A stretch of DNA of 63,643 bases from Patescibacteria group bacterium (GTDB lineage: Bacteria > Patescibacteriota > Microgenomatia > UBA1400 > PJMF01), in NCBI GenBank assembly GCA_023382875.1, contig JAHDXH010000004.1, positions 1 through 63,643 of the forward strand, given 5' to 3'. The notes below the pieces were generated by a model. That model saw only the letters and a program-made list of their open reading frames with translations. It did no database searches and had not been told where the DNA came from. Of this stretch, positions 52,681 to 62,498 are shown in pieces (the stretch's first letter is position 1; each line of letters starts with the position of its first letter). Position numbers and translations under genes: made by a program.

Positions 52681-53775
52681 ATGAAAAACCTTTATTTAAA
52701 CTTTTGCAAACTCGCCACTTTGGTTTTGATGGTGGGATTGAGTGTTAGATTTTTAAACCAACAAAACATTCAATTTTTAGTTCAAGCTGATGACGATGAA
52801 AATGTGACTATTTGTCACGCAACAAATTCATACTCAAATCCATATACCAACCCTACTGTTGATAAAGACTCAATAATCAATCTTCCTAATGGTCACGATA
52901 CTCATAATGGTCCTATTTTTTACTTGGAAATTCCAAAACACACTAAATGGGGAGATATTATTCCTCAGTTTAACTATGGCTGTGAAGTCGTTGACGTAGC
53001 TGAGCATTGGGGTGAGTGGGAAGATGGAAAGTGTACTGGTAATGCAACTTGTGAGGAAAGAGTTGATGAGAGAACTGTTCTAAGTTGTGCAGAGAATGGT
53101 TTTAAATTGAATGATGAAAAAACTCTTTGTGTTCGGGGAAAAGAAGTAATGGACACTATTGAAGTTGTCGAAGAAGTAGACCAATTTAGATTATTAGTCG
53201 AAGCAACTTACAAAGATGGTATTTGTACTTACGAAGGTAAAAACTGGGATGAACAAGGCCAATCAATTTATGAGAATGGTTGTATTGCTCCAGATGCTTG
53301 TCAAGAAACCGTTCGATGTGATGATTCTTGCAGAACTGAAGATGTAATCATTCAAGGTTCTTGTGACCCAATTGTTTGTAAAAGCAACGCTGAGTCATGT
53401 AATGAGCAAGAGGCTAGTCCAACCCCAACTCCAACCCCAACCCCTTCTCCAGTCCCAACTGAGCCACCAGGTTATAATTGTCCTGTAGCTCAAAGCTGTC
53501 CTTCAGCTTGTGGTCAAGCTGCAAGTGATGTTCCTAATGGTTCATGCGGATTCAATCACTGCGATCCAACTCCATCATGTGATGGTGGAATTGGCGGCGG
53601 TTCACAAGGTCAAGTCTTAGGTACAAGCACTATGTCTGGACAAGTTTTGGGTGCATCAACCTATGCTGCTACTGGTGTAGTTGAAGATGCTCTTTTCTCC
53701 TTAATGGGTGTGGCTGGCGCTGGTTTATCAGGCGCTGGTATACTCTTAAAGAGAAATGAAAAACGCCAAAAATAA
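52681..53775 (+). CDS. Cys-rich surface protein with C-terminal sortase-type sorting signal
   Basis: An N-terminal signal/TM helix, the motif ICHATNSYSNPYTNPTV..GHDTHNGPIF, many Cys residues and the linker PTPTPTPTPSPVP. The C-terminus is YAATG followed by a hydrophobic helix and the KRNEKRQK tail. ATG 52681 (the track gives TTG 52666). Confidence 0.75.
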   Translation: MKNLYLNFCKLATLVLMVGLSVRFLNQQNIQFLVQADDDENVTICHATNSYSNPYTNPTVDKDSIINLPNGHDTHNGPIFYLEIPKHTKWGDIIPQFNYGCEVVDVAEHWGEWEDGKCTGNATCEERVDERTVLSCAENGFKLNDEKTLCVRGKEVMDTIEVVEEVDQFRLLVEATYKDGICTYEGKNWDEQGQSIYENGCIAPDACQETVRCDDSCRTEDVIIQGSCDPIVCKSNAESCNEQEASPTPTPTPTPSPVPTEPPGYNCPVAQSCPSACGQAASDVPNGSCGFNHCDPTPSCDGGIGGGSQGQVLGTSTMSGQVLGASTYAATGVVEDALFSLMGVAGAGLSGAGILLKRNEKRQK

Positions 53776-54346
53776 AAACCAGCCAGGCATTTTTTTAAGA
53801 ATAAAAAAACAAATCCCCGAGATTTTAATTATCTTGGGGATTTTTTGTATTTTCATTTCTGGTTTTTACTGGATGGGTAGAGCAAGAGCATTGAGAATGG
53901 AACATCAGCTTTTGGCTGAGTACAATGACTTGTCTCAGCAATTGCCTACTAGGCCAAGTCGTCCTAAACATGTTTTTATCAAATGGTTTATTGATAGTGA
54001 AATAGAAACTCAAATTTTCAGCAATGATAATTGGACTATCTCAGGGGATAAAACTTCATATTTAGATCAATCAGCTCGTCCTTTGGAATCTGGTAATATT
54101 ATTTTGTATGGACATAATACTCGGAAAATTTTAGGCAACATTAGAGCTTTAAATGGCGGTGAAGAAGTAGTTGTAACTACAGATGATGGTCAAACACATT
54201 TGTATCAAGTCAGTGAAATTCACGAAGTTGAACCTAACCAAACCAAGTACTTAGAACCAACTTCTCAGGAAGTGTTAACCATGTACACTTGTTCTGGTTT
54301 TCTTGATCAGAAGCGCTTTATTGTTCGTGCAACTCCCAAAAACTAA
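53756..54346 (+). CDS. Sortase
   Basis: 196 aa. N-terminal TM anchor, catalytic His (ILYGHN), Cys motif TMYTCSG and Arg (FIVRA). It overlaps the substrate gene by 20 nt. Confidence 0.85.
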   Translation: MKNAKNKNQPGIFLRIKKQIPEILIILGIFCIFISGFYWMGRARALRMEHQLLAEYNDLSQQLPTRPSRPKHVFIKWFIDSEIETQIFSNDNWTISGDKTSYLDQSARPLESGNIILYGHNTRKILGNIRALNGGEEVVVTTDDGQTHLYQVSEIHEVEPNQTKYLEPTSQEVLTMYTCSGFLDQKRFIVRATPKN

Positions 54347-54363
54347 TGTGTTATATTGTTGGT

Positions 54364-55191
54364 ATGAAGAAAAACTTTCTCCTTTTTGGTTTAACAATTT
54401 TGCTGCTTGAAACTCTTTCTGTAACATCAGTTTCAGCTCACCTTGGCCATGGGGGTGGCCATGAAGTGGCAGAAGTGGAGGAAACAGCCAGAATGGGGAG
54501 AACTACTCCCGCAGTCGCCCCTGTGGGCGAGCCTGCTACGATGCCAGCAGTGGCTCCAGATATGATGGTGAGACCACTAATAGACGATGGCAATAAAATG
54601 ATGATTTTGCCCTACACTTCTTCAGTAATGCCAGCCAGTTTTAGCGCTAGACCAGTTTTGAGAAGAGTGACAGAGCAGATGCAAGAGCGTAGAGATCAAC
54701 GACAAGAAGAAAGGAGCGAGCGTCGTAAAGCTAGAGAAGAGCAACTTGGCAACTTAAGTAGATCAGAAAGAGCTGAAGAAAGAATGAGTGACGTAGCCAA
54801 AAGAGTTAAAGAAATTTTGGAAGAACGAGAGGCAAAAGGTGGAATTGGTGAATTAGTGAGAGAAGTGGCAAGAGAGCAATCAGAAAGTCACGCTACTTTG
54901 TCTGCTCGATTGGCTAAAATCAAATCAAGGCCAGGAGTAGTGAGATGGCTGCTTGGTCACGACCGCCAAAACTTAATGGATCTCAAAAAAGATGCTACTG
55001 CCATTGACCAGCGTATCGCCAAGATCGAAGCAGGTTTAGATTCTATGTCAGAAGAGGAGAGAGAAACTGCTTTAGATTTGGTCGAAGATTTGAAGACACA
55101 ACGTACTGAATTATTGGCAACCGTGGAAGAAAAAGATAGCGAGTTTAGTGTTGTTGGATGGTTTAAAAAACTCTTTGGCCAAAATAACTAA
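54364..55191 (+). CDS. Secreted coiled-coil hypothetical protein
   Basis: A signal peptide and the His/Gly patch HLGHGGGHE, followed by a charged R/E-rich helical region. ATG 54364 (the track gives 54346). Confidence 0.6.
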   Translation: MKKNFLLFGLTILLLETLSVTSVSAHLGHGGGHEVAEVEETARMGRTTPAVAPVGEPATMPAVAPDMMVRPLIDDGNKMMILPYTSSVMPASFSARPVLRRVTEQMQERRDQRQEERSERRKAREEQLGNLSRSERAEERMSDVAKRVKEILEEREAKGGIGELVREVAREQSESHATLSARLAKIKSRPGVVRWLLGHDRQNLMDLKKDATAIDQRIAKIEAGLDSMSEEERETALDLVEDLKTQRTELLATVEEKDSEFSVVGWFKKLFGQNN

Positions 55192-55201
55192 TATCCATTA
55201 T

Positions 55202-56266
55202 TTAAAGCTGACTTTGGACGAACTTATTAACTTCTGCCCAGCTTTCCTTTGGCATCAAAATAAATTGACCACTACTTGATTTGCCACTGTTGAAAACATT
55301 TTGCGTGCTCAAAACTAAGTTGTCAGTTGTAAATGAGTTGCTTTTGGCTAAAGCTGGAGCTAAGTACTCAGCAATTTTCCAATCGATATCGGACTGTGTA
55401 TGTTTGGTAATGTCAGCAAAAAACTGAGGTAACTTTTTGAAAACATCCATGGTGAATATTTTCTTTTTGAGTGCTTTTAAAACCGCAACCTGTCTTTCGC
55501 TGCGCGAAAAATCACCAGCGTCAGAGCCATGGCGAGATCTCACATAATTAAGAGCATCTTGACCTTCCATTTTGTTCAAGCCTTTAGGGAAGTAGATTTC
55601 TTCATAGCGGCAAGGAAATTGTTTTTCAAGTTCAAAACCTGAATACTGCGCAGTTATTTGGGCTATTTCTTCTGGAGTATGTCCACAAGGTTCCAATTGC
55701 TTGCCTTCGATTGGGTACCAAGGGTCATGAAGAGTTTCTGGAACATCAACTTCGAGTCCTTTGAAGGTATAGCCAATCGCTCTTTTATAACCAACAAAGT
55801 CGATGCTAATAAAATAATCAATGTGAAGGCCAGTGACTATTTGCGCCATTTGCTTGGCAACTTGGGCTCCGGAGTTAATCATATTATCTCCACTGCCCAT
55901 GGTGAGGGCGGTGTTAATTTTGGCAGATTTTCCATCGGGTAAATTGACCCACAAGTCTCTAGGAATCGAAATAAATTTTAGGCTTTGTTTATCAAAATCA
56001 AAGTGAGCAACCTGAATAACGTCAGCCAAGTAACCGCCTTGATGACCAGCTCCGCCATATCCCAACAATAAGATATTTAAAGTGTTGAGGTCTTTTGGTG
56101 GTTCGCTGGGCAGTTCATAGACAACTTCAGTTTGCTCGCCCAGGACTTCAGATTTTTGAAGATCGGTTTTGTGATTTTTAAAATAATAAACCGTTAAAAG
56201 TGCTGAGCTAACAATTAGACCCAAAACTAGGCCAATCAAAATAAATAATTTGGGTCGATTTTGCAT
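55202..56266 (-). CDS. LCP family (LytR-CpsA-Psr) cell-envelope phosphotransferase
   Basis: 354 aa. An N-terminal TM helix and LCP-core stretches: NILLLGYGGAGHQGGYLADVIQV, SIPRDLWV and ALNYVRSRH. Confidence 0.85.
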   Translation of the reverse strand: MQNRPKLFILIGLVLGLIVSSALLTVYYFKNHKTDLQKSEVLGEQTEVVYELPSEPPKDLNTLNILLLGYGGAGHQGGYLADVIQVAHFDFDKQSLKFISIPRDLWVNLPDGKSAKINTALTMGSGDNMINSGAQVAKQMAQIVTGLHIDYFISIDFVGYKRAIGYTFKGLEVDVPETLHDPWYPIEGKQLEPCGHTPEEIAQITAQYSGFELEKQFPCRYEEIYFPKGLNKMEGQDALNYVRSRHGSDAGDFSRSERQVAVLKALKKKIFTMDVFKKLPQFFADITKHTQSDIDWKIAEYLAPALAKSNSFTTDNLVLSTQNVFNSGKSSSGQFILMPKESWAEVNKFVQSQL

Positions 56267-56302
56267 ACGCGTATTGTATCTACTTTGATGCTAAAATTAA
56301 GT

Positions 56303-57799
56303 ATGAAGAAAAATCGCCTGTTCAGGCGTTCAGTATTTTTTTTGTTGTTTTTGACCATAGTGGTAGCGATTTTTTCCTATTTTACTAACCCTTTTGTTAA
56401 ATTTTCACTTATTGAGGATCCAGTTGGTAAAGTTGAAGTACGAGACTCGCAAATTTTTCTCGACACTTCAAAAAAGATTGTTTTAAGAGAGAATATTTTC
56501 GTTGGAGTTTTGGCCAAGATTAAATCAGGCTGGCACATTGTTGGAAGTCGTTTTGCTGGAGGTAAAAAAGCTTCCGGAGCCACGGTTGATGAAATTATCA
56601 AAGAAATTCATGAAGTTAGATTTGATCCTGAAGAGCCATTTTTGATTTCTGGTGATCATTTTTCTGTTTTATATCCAAGATCGCTAGGAATTTTTTATCA
56701 TAGTTTGCTTGATGACCGCACCGCATTGTCGGCTACAGATTGGCATAACAGGCAAATTATTTATTTGAAAACTCTTGCCTATGCTTGTGGAATTTTTGCT
56801 CAATCGGATCGTTTATCTACCACTATTGTTCCAGTTGCTCCATCAAGTGTGGCGCTCATGAATATTTATGCACCACCTTCAGATACTTTATATAGTTTGT
56901 TGTTTGCTTTTGAACAGTTGAGAGACAATTCTTACCAAAGTACTAATTATCCATTTGATAATGGTGTTGATTACCCATTGGCAACTAGACAAGCAACGGA
57001 TCAATTACTAGAGCAATATAAAGCTGACCTGACCAGACATTATCTGAAATACAAATCAGACGTTTACGATCCAGAATCTGGATTAATTAAGAAAAATATT
57101 TTGCTGTCAGGCACTAAAGACATTATGAAGAGATCTGGAGCTTTTTATGACAATGTCATTTTCTGGAAAACTACCAAGCTGGCTTCCGACCTGGGTTTAA
57201 TTCCTCAGGATGATGCTTTTTTAAATAATCTCAAAGCTCGAATTATTTCAACATATTGGAATGACGAAGGTTTGTTTATTGAGGATCTTTCTAAAGAAGC
57301 ACAGGACAACCAATATTATTCTTCAGATTGGTTGATAGCTTTTCAAACAGGATTTTTGGACGTGAAGAATCCAGAAGAACGCAAGTATTACATCAAGGCT
57401 ATTGATTATATTGAAAGAAATGCGATCGATAAGCCATTTGCTTTGCAATATCATCCAGATGTCAGAAGAGAAAGACTGTACGGTTTGGTGAAGTGGTTTA
57501 GTCCAACTTATGGTTCAACTGCTATTTGGAGCAATTGGGGCATGGAATATACAAAGTTACTGACTTTGCTGGCAAAGGAAGAAAAAGAACTAACTTACTT
57601 GGAAACTGCTAAATCTAATTTGGATGCTTATACTTTTAATATTAAGCGATATCAGGGATATCCAGAAGTTCACAACCAAAACGGTGACTTTTATAAAACA
57701 TTTTTCTATAAAAGTATTCGTCGCACTGGTTGGGTGGTTACGTATGAACAAGCTAGAGCACTATACCAGTCTGTAGCTAAAGATTTTCTCAAACCCTAG
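56303..57799 (+). CDS. Hypothetical membrane-anchored protein
   Basis: About 498 aa from ATG 56303 (the track start at 56261 overlaps the divergent LCP start). N-terminal TM helix and a large extracytoplasmic domain with no recognisable motif. Confidence 0.6.
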   Translation: MKKNRLFRRSVFFLLFLTIVVAIFSYFTNPFVKFSLIEDPVGKVEVRDSQIFLDTSKKIVLRENIFVGVLAKIKSGWHIVGSRFAGGKKASGATVDEIIKEIHEVRFDPEEPFLISGDHFSVLYPRSLGIFYHSLLDDRTALSATDWHNRQIIYLKTLAYACGIFAQSDRLSTTIVPVAPSSVALMNIYAPPSDTLYSLLFAFEQLRDNSYQSTNYPFDNGVDYPLATRQATDQLLEQYKADLTRHYLKYKSDVYDPESGLIKKNILLSGTKDIMKRSGAFYDNVIFWKTTKLASDLGLIPQDDAFLNNLKARIISTYWNDEGLFIEDLSKEAQDNQYYSSDWLIAFQTGFLDVKNPEERKYYIKAIDYIERNAIDKPFALQYHPDVRRERLYGLVKWFSPTYGSTAIWSNWGMEYTKLLTLLAKEEKELTYLETAKSNLDAYTFNIKRYQGYPEVHNQNGDFYKTFFYKSIRRTGWVVTYEQARALYQSVAKDFLKP

Positions 57800-57830
57800 A
57801 TATGTTTGAGTGCTAGAATGACAAGTAGTT

Positions 57831-59000
57831 ATGGCTAATACGATTTTAGTTAAGAAAAATACCATTCTTAGATTTTTCCCACTTCAGACTATTATTACTG
57901 CGATTATAGTTATTTTTCTTTTTTATGCTTTTTTCAGCGGTCTGACCTACCAATTTTATGCCAGTGTCGTTTTTTCTTTTTATGCGCTGACAAAGAGTAT
58001 GTGGATTTCAGTGGTTTGTTTGGGTGTTTTTCAAACGATTTTGATGATTCCACTACGCATTGTTAGATTGCTCAAAGAAAATCATATTAAAGAATTTACT
58101 TCTAATATCATTAAGCTCAATGACGAGCGAACGATGAATAACACCATCAAAGAAAATGTCAGTAAAGGCAATATTACATTTCTTTTTTATTTAGTCGACT
58201 TTGTGATTCAATTGGTTTCCTTTGTGACTATTGGACGATTATTTTTGACTGATTTTTATAATTTCCCATTAGATCCAGCTAAGCTTTATTCTTTTGTTCC
58301 TTATCCTGAATATCCGATCAAGGATGTTTTTTTCAAAATTCCTTACCCGGTGGTCACTCAAACTGTTGACTTTGGCTTGAAAGCAGTCATTATTGCCTGG
58401 ATTATTTTGGGAGCTCTTCAGGCTTTGATTTATTTTGCACGCATTGCTTATAGAAACGCAGTTCGCCGTGGTGAAAACAAATCGGCTTTGCCCAAAAAAT
58501 TGACCAAGTATGCCAGTGGTTATCTTTTGATTGCGATGTTGGCATCTTACTTTTTGATTAGACATTTCCCAGTCGGTTTGTCTGTGGGTATTTTTTCCGG
58601 AAGTGTGGCAGTACAAAATAGTAAATTTAATACTTTGACTGCGACGGCAACCTTTTTAACTATACTTTATTTTGGAATACCTAAAAATATTAGAAAAGCT
58701 CATTTGGCTGAAGAAGCAGGAGTACCAACTCACATTATTGAAAAAACTCAAAAACAAATGCTGGGTGAAAGTTTGAAAAATGCCACTTTGATTGGATTGG
58801 GTGCTTACTTTATTACTAATCAAATCCCCTCAGCTTTTGAGCTATCAATTTTCACCTTGGAAATAATTTCCTTGGCTTCGCCATTAACCCTAGACAGGAT
58901 AATCTTGTCATCTGTCTCAAAACCAGCTATTGTTGAATCTGCATCGGATGAAAAAAAGTCTGATGAAGACGTTAAAAATTTATCTACAAATCATAGCTAG
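57831..59000 (+). CDS. Polytopic membrane protein
   Basis: 389-aa ORF with multiple TM helices and an acidic/Ser-rich C-terminal tail. No confident family call. Confidence 0.6.
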   Translation: MANTILVKKNTILRFFPLQTIITAIIVIFLFYAFFSGLTYQFYASVVFSFYALTKSMWISVVCLGVFQTILMIPLRIVRLLKENHIKEFTSNIIKLNDERTMNNTIKENVSKGNITFLFYLVDFVIQLVSFVTIGRLFLTDFYNFPLDPAKLYSFVPYPEYPIKDVFFKIPYPVVTQTVDFGLKAVIIAWIILGALQALIYFARIAYRNAVRRGENKSALPKKLTKYASGYLLIAMLASYFLIRHFPVGLSVGIFSGSVAVQNSKFNTLTATATFLTILYFGIPKNIRKAHLAEEAGVPTHIIEKTQKQMLGESLKNATLIGLGAYFITNQIPSAFELSIFTLEIISLASPLTLDRIILSSVSKPAIVESASDEKKSDEDVKNLSTNHS

Positions 59001-59008
59001 TCAAAAAT

Positions 59009-59407
59009 ATGACCAGTCAATTTGTTTCTACCCAATTACCCGCCAAAAGACTCCTGATTATTGAGGACGACCTGTCATTACAAAATGTTTATAAAACTTT
59101 GTTTACTAAAGAAAAACTTGATGTTGTGAGTGTAACAACTGTTGAACAAGCCAAGAGTGTTACCAAAAATGGCATGTTTGACTGTATTATTTTGGATATT
59201 ATGTTGCCCAATGGCCAAAACGGATTTGATTTTCTTGAATATCTTTGTCAGGATGTACGCTATAAAAAAGTACCAATTTTGGTTTTGACTAATCTTAATC
59301 AAGATCAAAATTCTGCCAAAGAAATGGGCGTGACTGAATGGCTAGTCAAATCAGATATTTCAGCACAAGAAATCGTCAATAAAGTAAAAATGGTAATGAA
59401 GGCTTAG
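59009..59407 (+). CDS. Stand-alone response-regulator receiver domain
   Basis: 132 aa. It has the acidic pocket (IIEDD), the phospho-acceptor context (CIILDIMLP) and the conserved Lys region (LVLTNL...K). Confidence 0.8.
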   Translation: MTSQFVSTQLPAKRLLIIEDDLSLQNVYKTLFTKEKLDVVSVTTVEQAKSVTKNGMFDCIILDIMLPNGQNGFDFLEYLCQDVRYKKVPILVLTNLNQDQNSAKEMGVTEWLVKSDISAQEIVNKVKMVMKA

Positions 59408-59408
59408 T

Positions 59409-61148
59409 ATGAGAATTGAAAATTCCCTAAACTGGAAAGTGGGTGGTGCTGCTGGTGAGGGTATCATGACCACCGGTTTGATTTTTAGTAAGGTGGTTGC
59501 TCGCCATGGTTGGCAAGTTTTTGACTACACAGAGTATCCTTCGCTAATTACAGGTGGACACAATACCTACCAAGTTTATGCACAAACTAACTTTGCTAGT
59601 AGTCAGGCAAAAATTTTAGATGTGTTGGTGGCAATGGATAAAAACACACTAGGCTTGCACTTAGATGAGTTGAGTGATCAATCAATTATTTTATATGATT
59701 CTCAGGACGACAAAATTAAAATTGATGAATACGCTGGTTTGAAAGGTAAGAAAGTCGATTTGCCCATGGTGAGTTTGGCACAGCAAGCTGGAGGCACTCG
59801 CCTGATGGCAAATAATGTGGCTCTGGGAGCCTCGATTTACCTTTTGGGCTTGGATCTTGGTGTTTTGAACGGTGTGATCTCAGATATTTTTGGTCGTAAA
59901 GGTGAAGAAGTGGTCAAAGAAAACCAGGCAGCGGCTAAAGCAGGTTACGATTTTGTAATGAATAGTGTTGGCTCACCTTTGATGACGGTTGCCAAAAATG
60001 AAGGCAAAAACTATTTGACCATGACCGGTAATGAAGCTGTGAGTTTGGGTGCGATTGCCGGTGGATTACAACTTTATGCAGCTTATCCAATGACGCCTTC
60101 AAGTTCAATTCTTCACACTTTGGCTGCCAAAGCCAGTGAAGCCGATATTGTCGTTAAACACGCTGAAGATGAAATTGGTGTGATCAATATGGCGATTGGC
60201 GCATCTTTCGCTGGCGTAAGAGCTGCTTGTGGTTCATCCGGAGGTGGCTTTGCTTATATGACTGAGGCGCTTGGTTTGGCTGGTGTTGCCGAAGTGCCAT
60301 TAGTGGTTTTTGAAAGTATGAGGCCAGGTCCAGCACTTGGCATGCCTACTTGGACTGCTCAAGGTGACTTACAGTTCATTTTAACTGCTTCACAGGATGA
60401 ATTTCCTCGTTTTGTTTTGACTCCGGGCGATGCAACAGAATCTTTCCATATGACTCGACTTGCTTTTGAGTTGGCGGAAAAATACCAAACTTTAGTCATC
60501 GTGGTTTTAGACAAACATCTCTCAGAGAGTCGTTACACTATGACTTTGGATGTGACTGAATTTAAAAATGAGCGTCATGGTTTTGCTCAAGCTCCAGCCT
60601 TGGATAGCGTTGGTTTTTATCCACGCTACGAAGTGACTGAGAGCGGTGTTCACGAACGCTCTATTCCTGGTCAGGTAGGTGGCAATTATATTGCCAATAG
60701 TTATGAACACGACAAATACGGTTTTGCGACAGAAGAGGGTTGGGTCAGAGTTGAACAAATGGACAAACGCAACAAAAAATTTGAAATGATGAAAAGAGAA
60801 ATCTTGCCACCCTATATTGAAGATAATGGTGGCGAAATTACCTTGGTTGGTTTTGGCTCAACAAAAGGTGCTTTGCAAGCAGGCAGAGAATTATTAGACA
60901 AAGAAGGAATTAAAGTTAACATTCTTAATGTTTCTTGGATGTGGCCATTTCCTATTCAAGCAGTGACAGACTTTTTGAATAAAGGTGTGCCATTTGCCAT
61001 CGTTGAAGGAAATTCAACTGGTCAGTTCGCCAATGTTTTGAGACAAGAAACCGGCTTGACGACCGAGTATCATTTCCGAAAATATGATGGTCGTCCCTTT
61101 TATCCACACGAAATCTTTGAATTTGTAAAAAACACACTCCAAAAATGA
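59409..61148 (+). CDS. korA: 2-oxoacid:ferredoxin oxidoreductase, alpha subunit (fused gamma-alpha)
   Basis: 579 aa. N-terminal gamma-type domain (GGAAGEGIMTTGLIF...YPSLITGGHN) followed by the alpha core (AAYPMTPSS). Confidence 0.9.
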   Translation: MRIENSLNWKVGGAAGEGIMTTGLIFSKVVARHGWQVFDYTEYPSLITGGHNTYQVYAQTNFASSQAKILDVLVAMDKNTLGLHLDELSDQSIILYDSQDDKIKIDEYAGLKGKKVDLPMVSLAQQAGGTRLMANNVALGASIYLLGLDLGVLNGVISDIFGRKGEEVVKENQAAAKAGYDFVMNSVGSPLMTVAKNEGKNYLTMTGNEAVSLGAIAGGLQLYAAYPMTPSSSILHTLAAKASEADIVVKHAEDEIGVINMAIGASFAGVRAACGSSGGGFAYMTEALGLAGVAEVPLVVFESMRPGPALGMPTWTAQGDLQFILTASQDEFPRFVLTPGDATESFHMTRLAFELAEKYQTLVIVVLDKHLSESRYTMTLDVTEFKNERHGFAQAPALDSVGFYPRYEVTESGVHERSIPGQVGGNYIANSYEHDKYGFATEEGWVRVEQMDKRNKKFEMMKREILPPYIEDNGGEITLVGFGSTKGALQAGRELLDKEGIKVNILNVSWMWPFPIQAVTDFLNKGVPFAIVEGNSTGQFANVLRQETGLTTEYHFRKYDGRPFYPHEIFEFVKNTLQK

Positions 61149-61996
61149 ACCAACTTCCAACTAAATACCCCTATTTACCAACATGGTGTCCAGGATGCGG
61201 AAATTTTGGCATTATGAACGCCATCAAAATGGCAATCTTAAAATCTGGTATTCCCCGAGAAAAATTTGTTGTTGTTTATGATATTGGCTGCGCTGGCAAC
61301 ATGGCTGATTTCTTAGACTTATATGGTTTTCATGGCTTACACGGTCGGGCATTACCACCGGCTGCTGGAATTAAATTAGCCAACCACGATTTGAAAGTGA
61401 TCGTGGTGATTGGTGACGGTGGTTGTTACGGTGAGGGTGCCACTCACTTTATCAATTTAATGCGTGGCAATCATGATATTACGGTTTTGGTTCATGATAA
61501 TCATCGTTATTCGTTAACCACTGGTCAAATGAGTCCTACTACTGATCAGGGCACCAAGACCAAATCAACTCCGGAAGGTGCTTTGGAAGTGCCAATGAAG
61601 CCTTTGGCTTTGGCAGTTTCTAATCATGCGACCTTTATTGCTCGTGAATTTTCCGGAAATATTCCTCAACTCTCAATGAGAATTGGTCAAGCAATTGCTC
61701 ACGAAGGTTTTTCTTTGATTGATACATTGCAAATTTGTTCGGTCTACAATCCAACTCAAGACTTGAAGTGGTACAAAGAGCATACAGTTGGTTTGGAAAT
61801 GATTGGTCATGATCCATCTGACAAAGCTGCCGCTTGGGCAAGAGCTATGGAAGAAGACAAATTGCCAGTCGGTTTGTTTTATCAAGAAAAGCGCCCTGCC
61901 TATCATCAACTGGTTAGTGAGTTACAAAGTGCAACTTTACTAAATCATGATAAATCGGTAGTGAAAATGGACGAACTACTCAATGAATATCGTTAG
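61145..61996 (+). CDS. korB: 2-oxoacid:ferredoxin oxidoreductase, beta (TPP-binding) subunit
   Basis: 283 aa. It has WCPGCGNFGI and the TPP motif GDGGCYGEG...N. Its start overlaps the korA stop (ATGA). Confidence 0.9.
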   Translation: MNQLPTKYPYLPTWCPGCGNFGIMNAIKMAILKSGIPREKFVVVYDIGCAGNMADFLDLYGFHGLHGRALPPAAGIKLANHDLKVIVVIGDGGCYGEGATHFINLMRGNHDITVLVHDNHRYSLTTGQMSPTTDQGTKTKSTPEGALEVPMKPLALAVSNHATFIAREFSGNIPQLSMRIGQAIAHEGFSLIDTLQICSVYNPTQDLKWYKEHTVGLEMIGHDPSDKAAAWARAMEEDKLPVGLFYQEKRPAYHQLVSELQSATLLNHDKSVVKMDELLNEYR

Positions 61997-62498
61997 CTTT
62001 TTAAAGCAACTATATTTGGATATTACTTGGTCAATGTTCCCAGTGTGGCGTTTGAAAAAAAGTGGTGCCAAAGTTGGTAACAATGTTTTCATTGGTCGAC
62101 ATTGTTATGTTGAGTTGGAAAATGCCAAATTTTTGACAATCGAAGACGGTGCAGTTTTGGCTGCTTATAGCAAAATAATTCTTCACGATTCCTCTTTGAA
62201 TAACATCAATGGCTTTGATTTGCTCTATGGTAGAGTTATTTTGGGAAAAAATTGTTACTTGGGTGCCGACGTTACGGTTTTGCCGGGTAGTAAAATTGGC
62301 AAAAATACTATCGTTGGGGCGGGGTCATTGGTCAAAGGTGATTTGAATGATAATTCAGTTTATGTTGGTCGACCAGCAAAATTTATAAGTAGCGTTGACG
62401 ATCTCACTACAAAGTGGCAAAAAATCAAACATTCCTCTGTTGCTGACCAGTTGGGTTACCAATTTCTTCCCAAAAAATCTCCTTATTTAGTCAAGTAA
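61983..62498 (+). CDS. Hexapeptide-repeat (left-handed beta-helix) acyltransferase
   Basis: 171 aa. Hexapeptide repeats read GKNCYLGADVTVLPGSKIGKNTIVGAGSLV. Confidence 0.8.
   Translation: MNIVSFLKQLYLDITWSMFPVWRLKKSGAKVGNNVFIGRHCYVELENAKFLTIEDGAVLAAYSKIILHDSSLNNINGFDLLYGRVILGKNCYLGADVTVLPGSKIGKNTIVGAGSLVKGDLNDNSVYVGRPAKFISSVDDLTTKWQKIKHSSVADQLGYQFLPKKSPYLVK

Noticed and set aside
53401-53465. Short tandem-looking ccaac/cccaa repeats occur here, with similar runs at about 20640-20700 and 28380-28440. I considered them as possible repeat arrays or CRISPR-like structure.
   Set aside because: They are in-frame Pro/Thr/Ser linker-coding segments inside long ORFs. They have no spacer/repeat periodicity of CRISPR size, and no cas genes are present.
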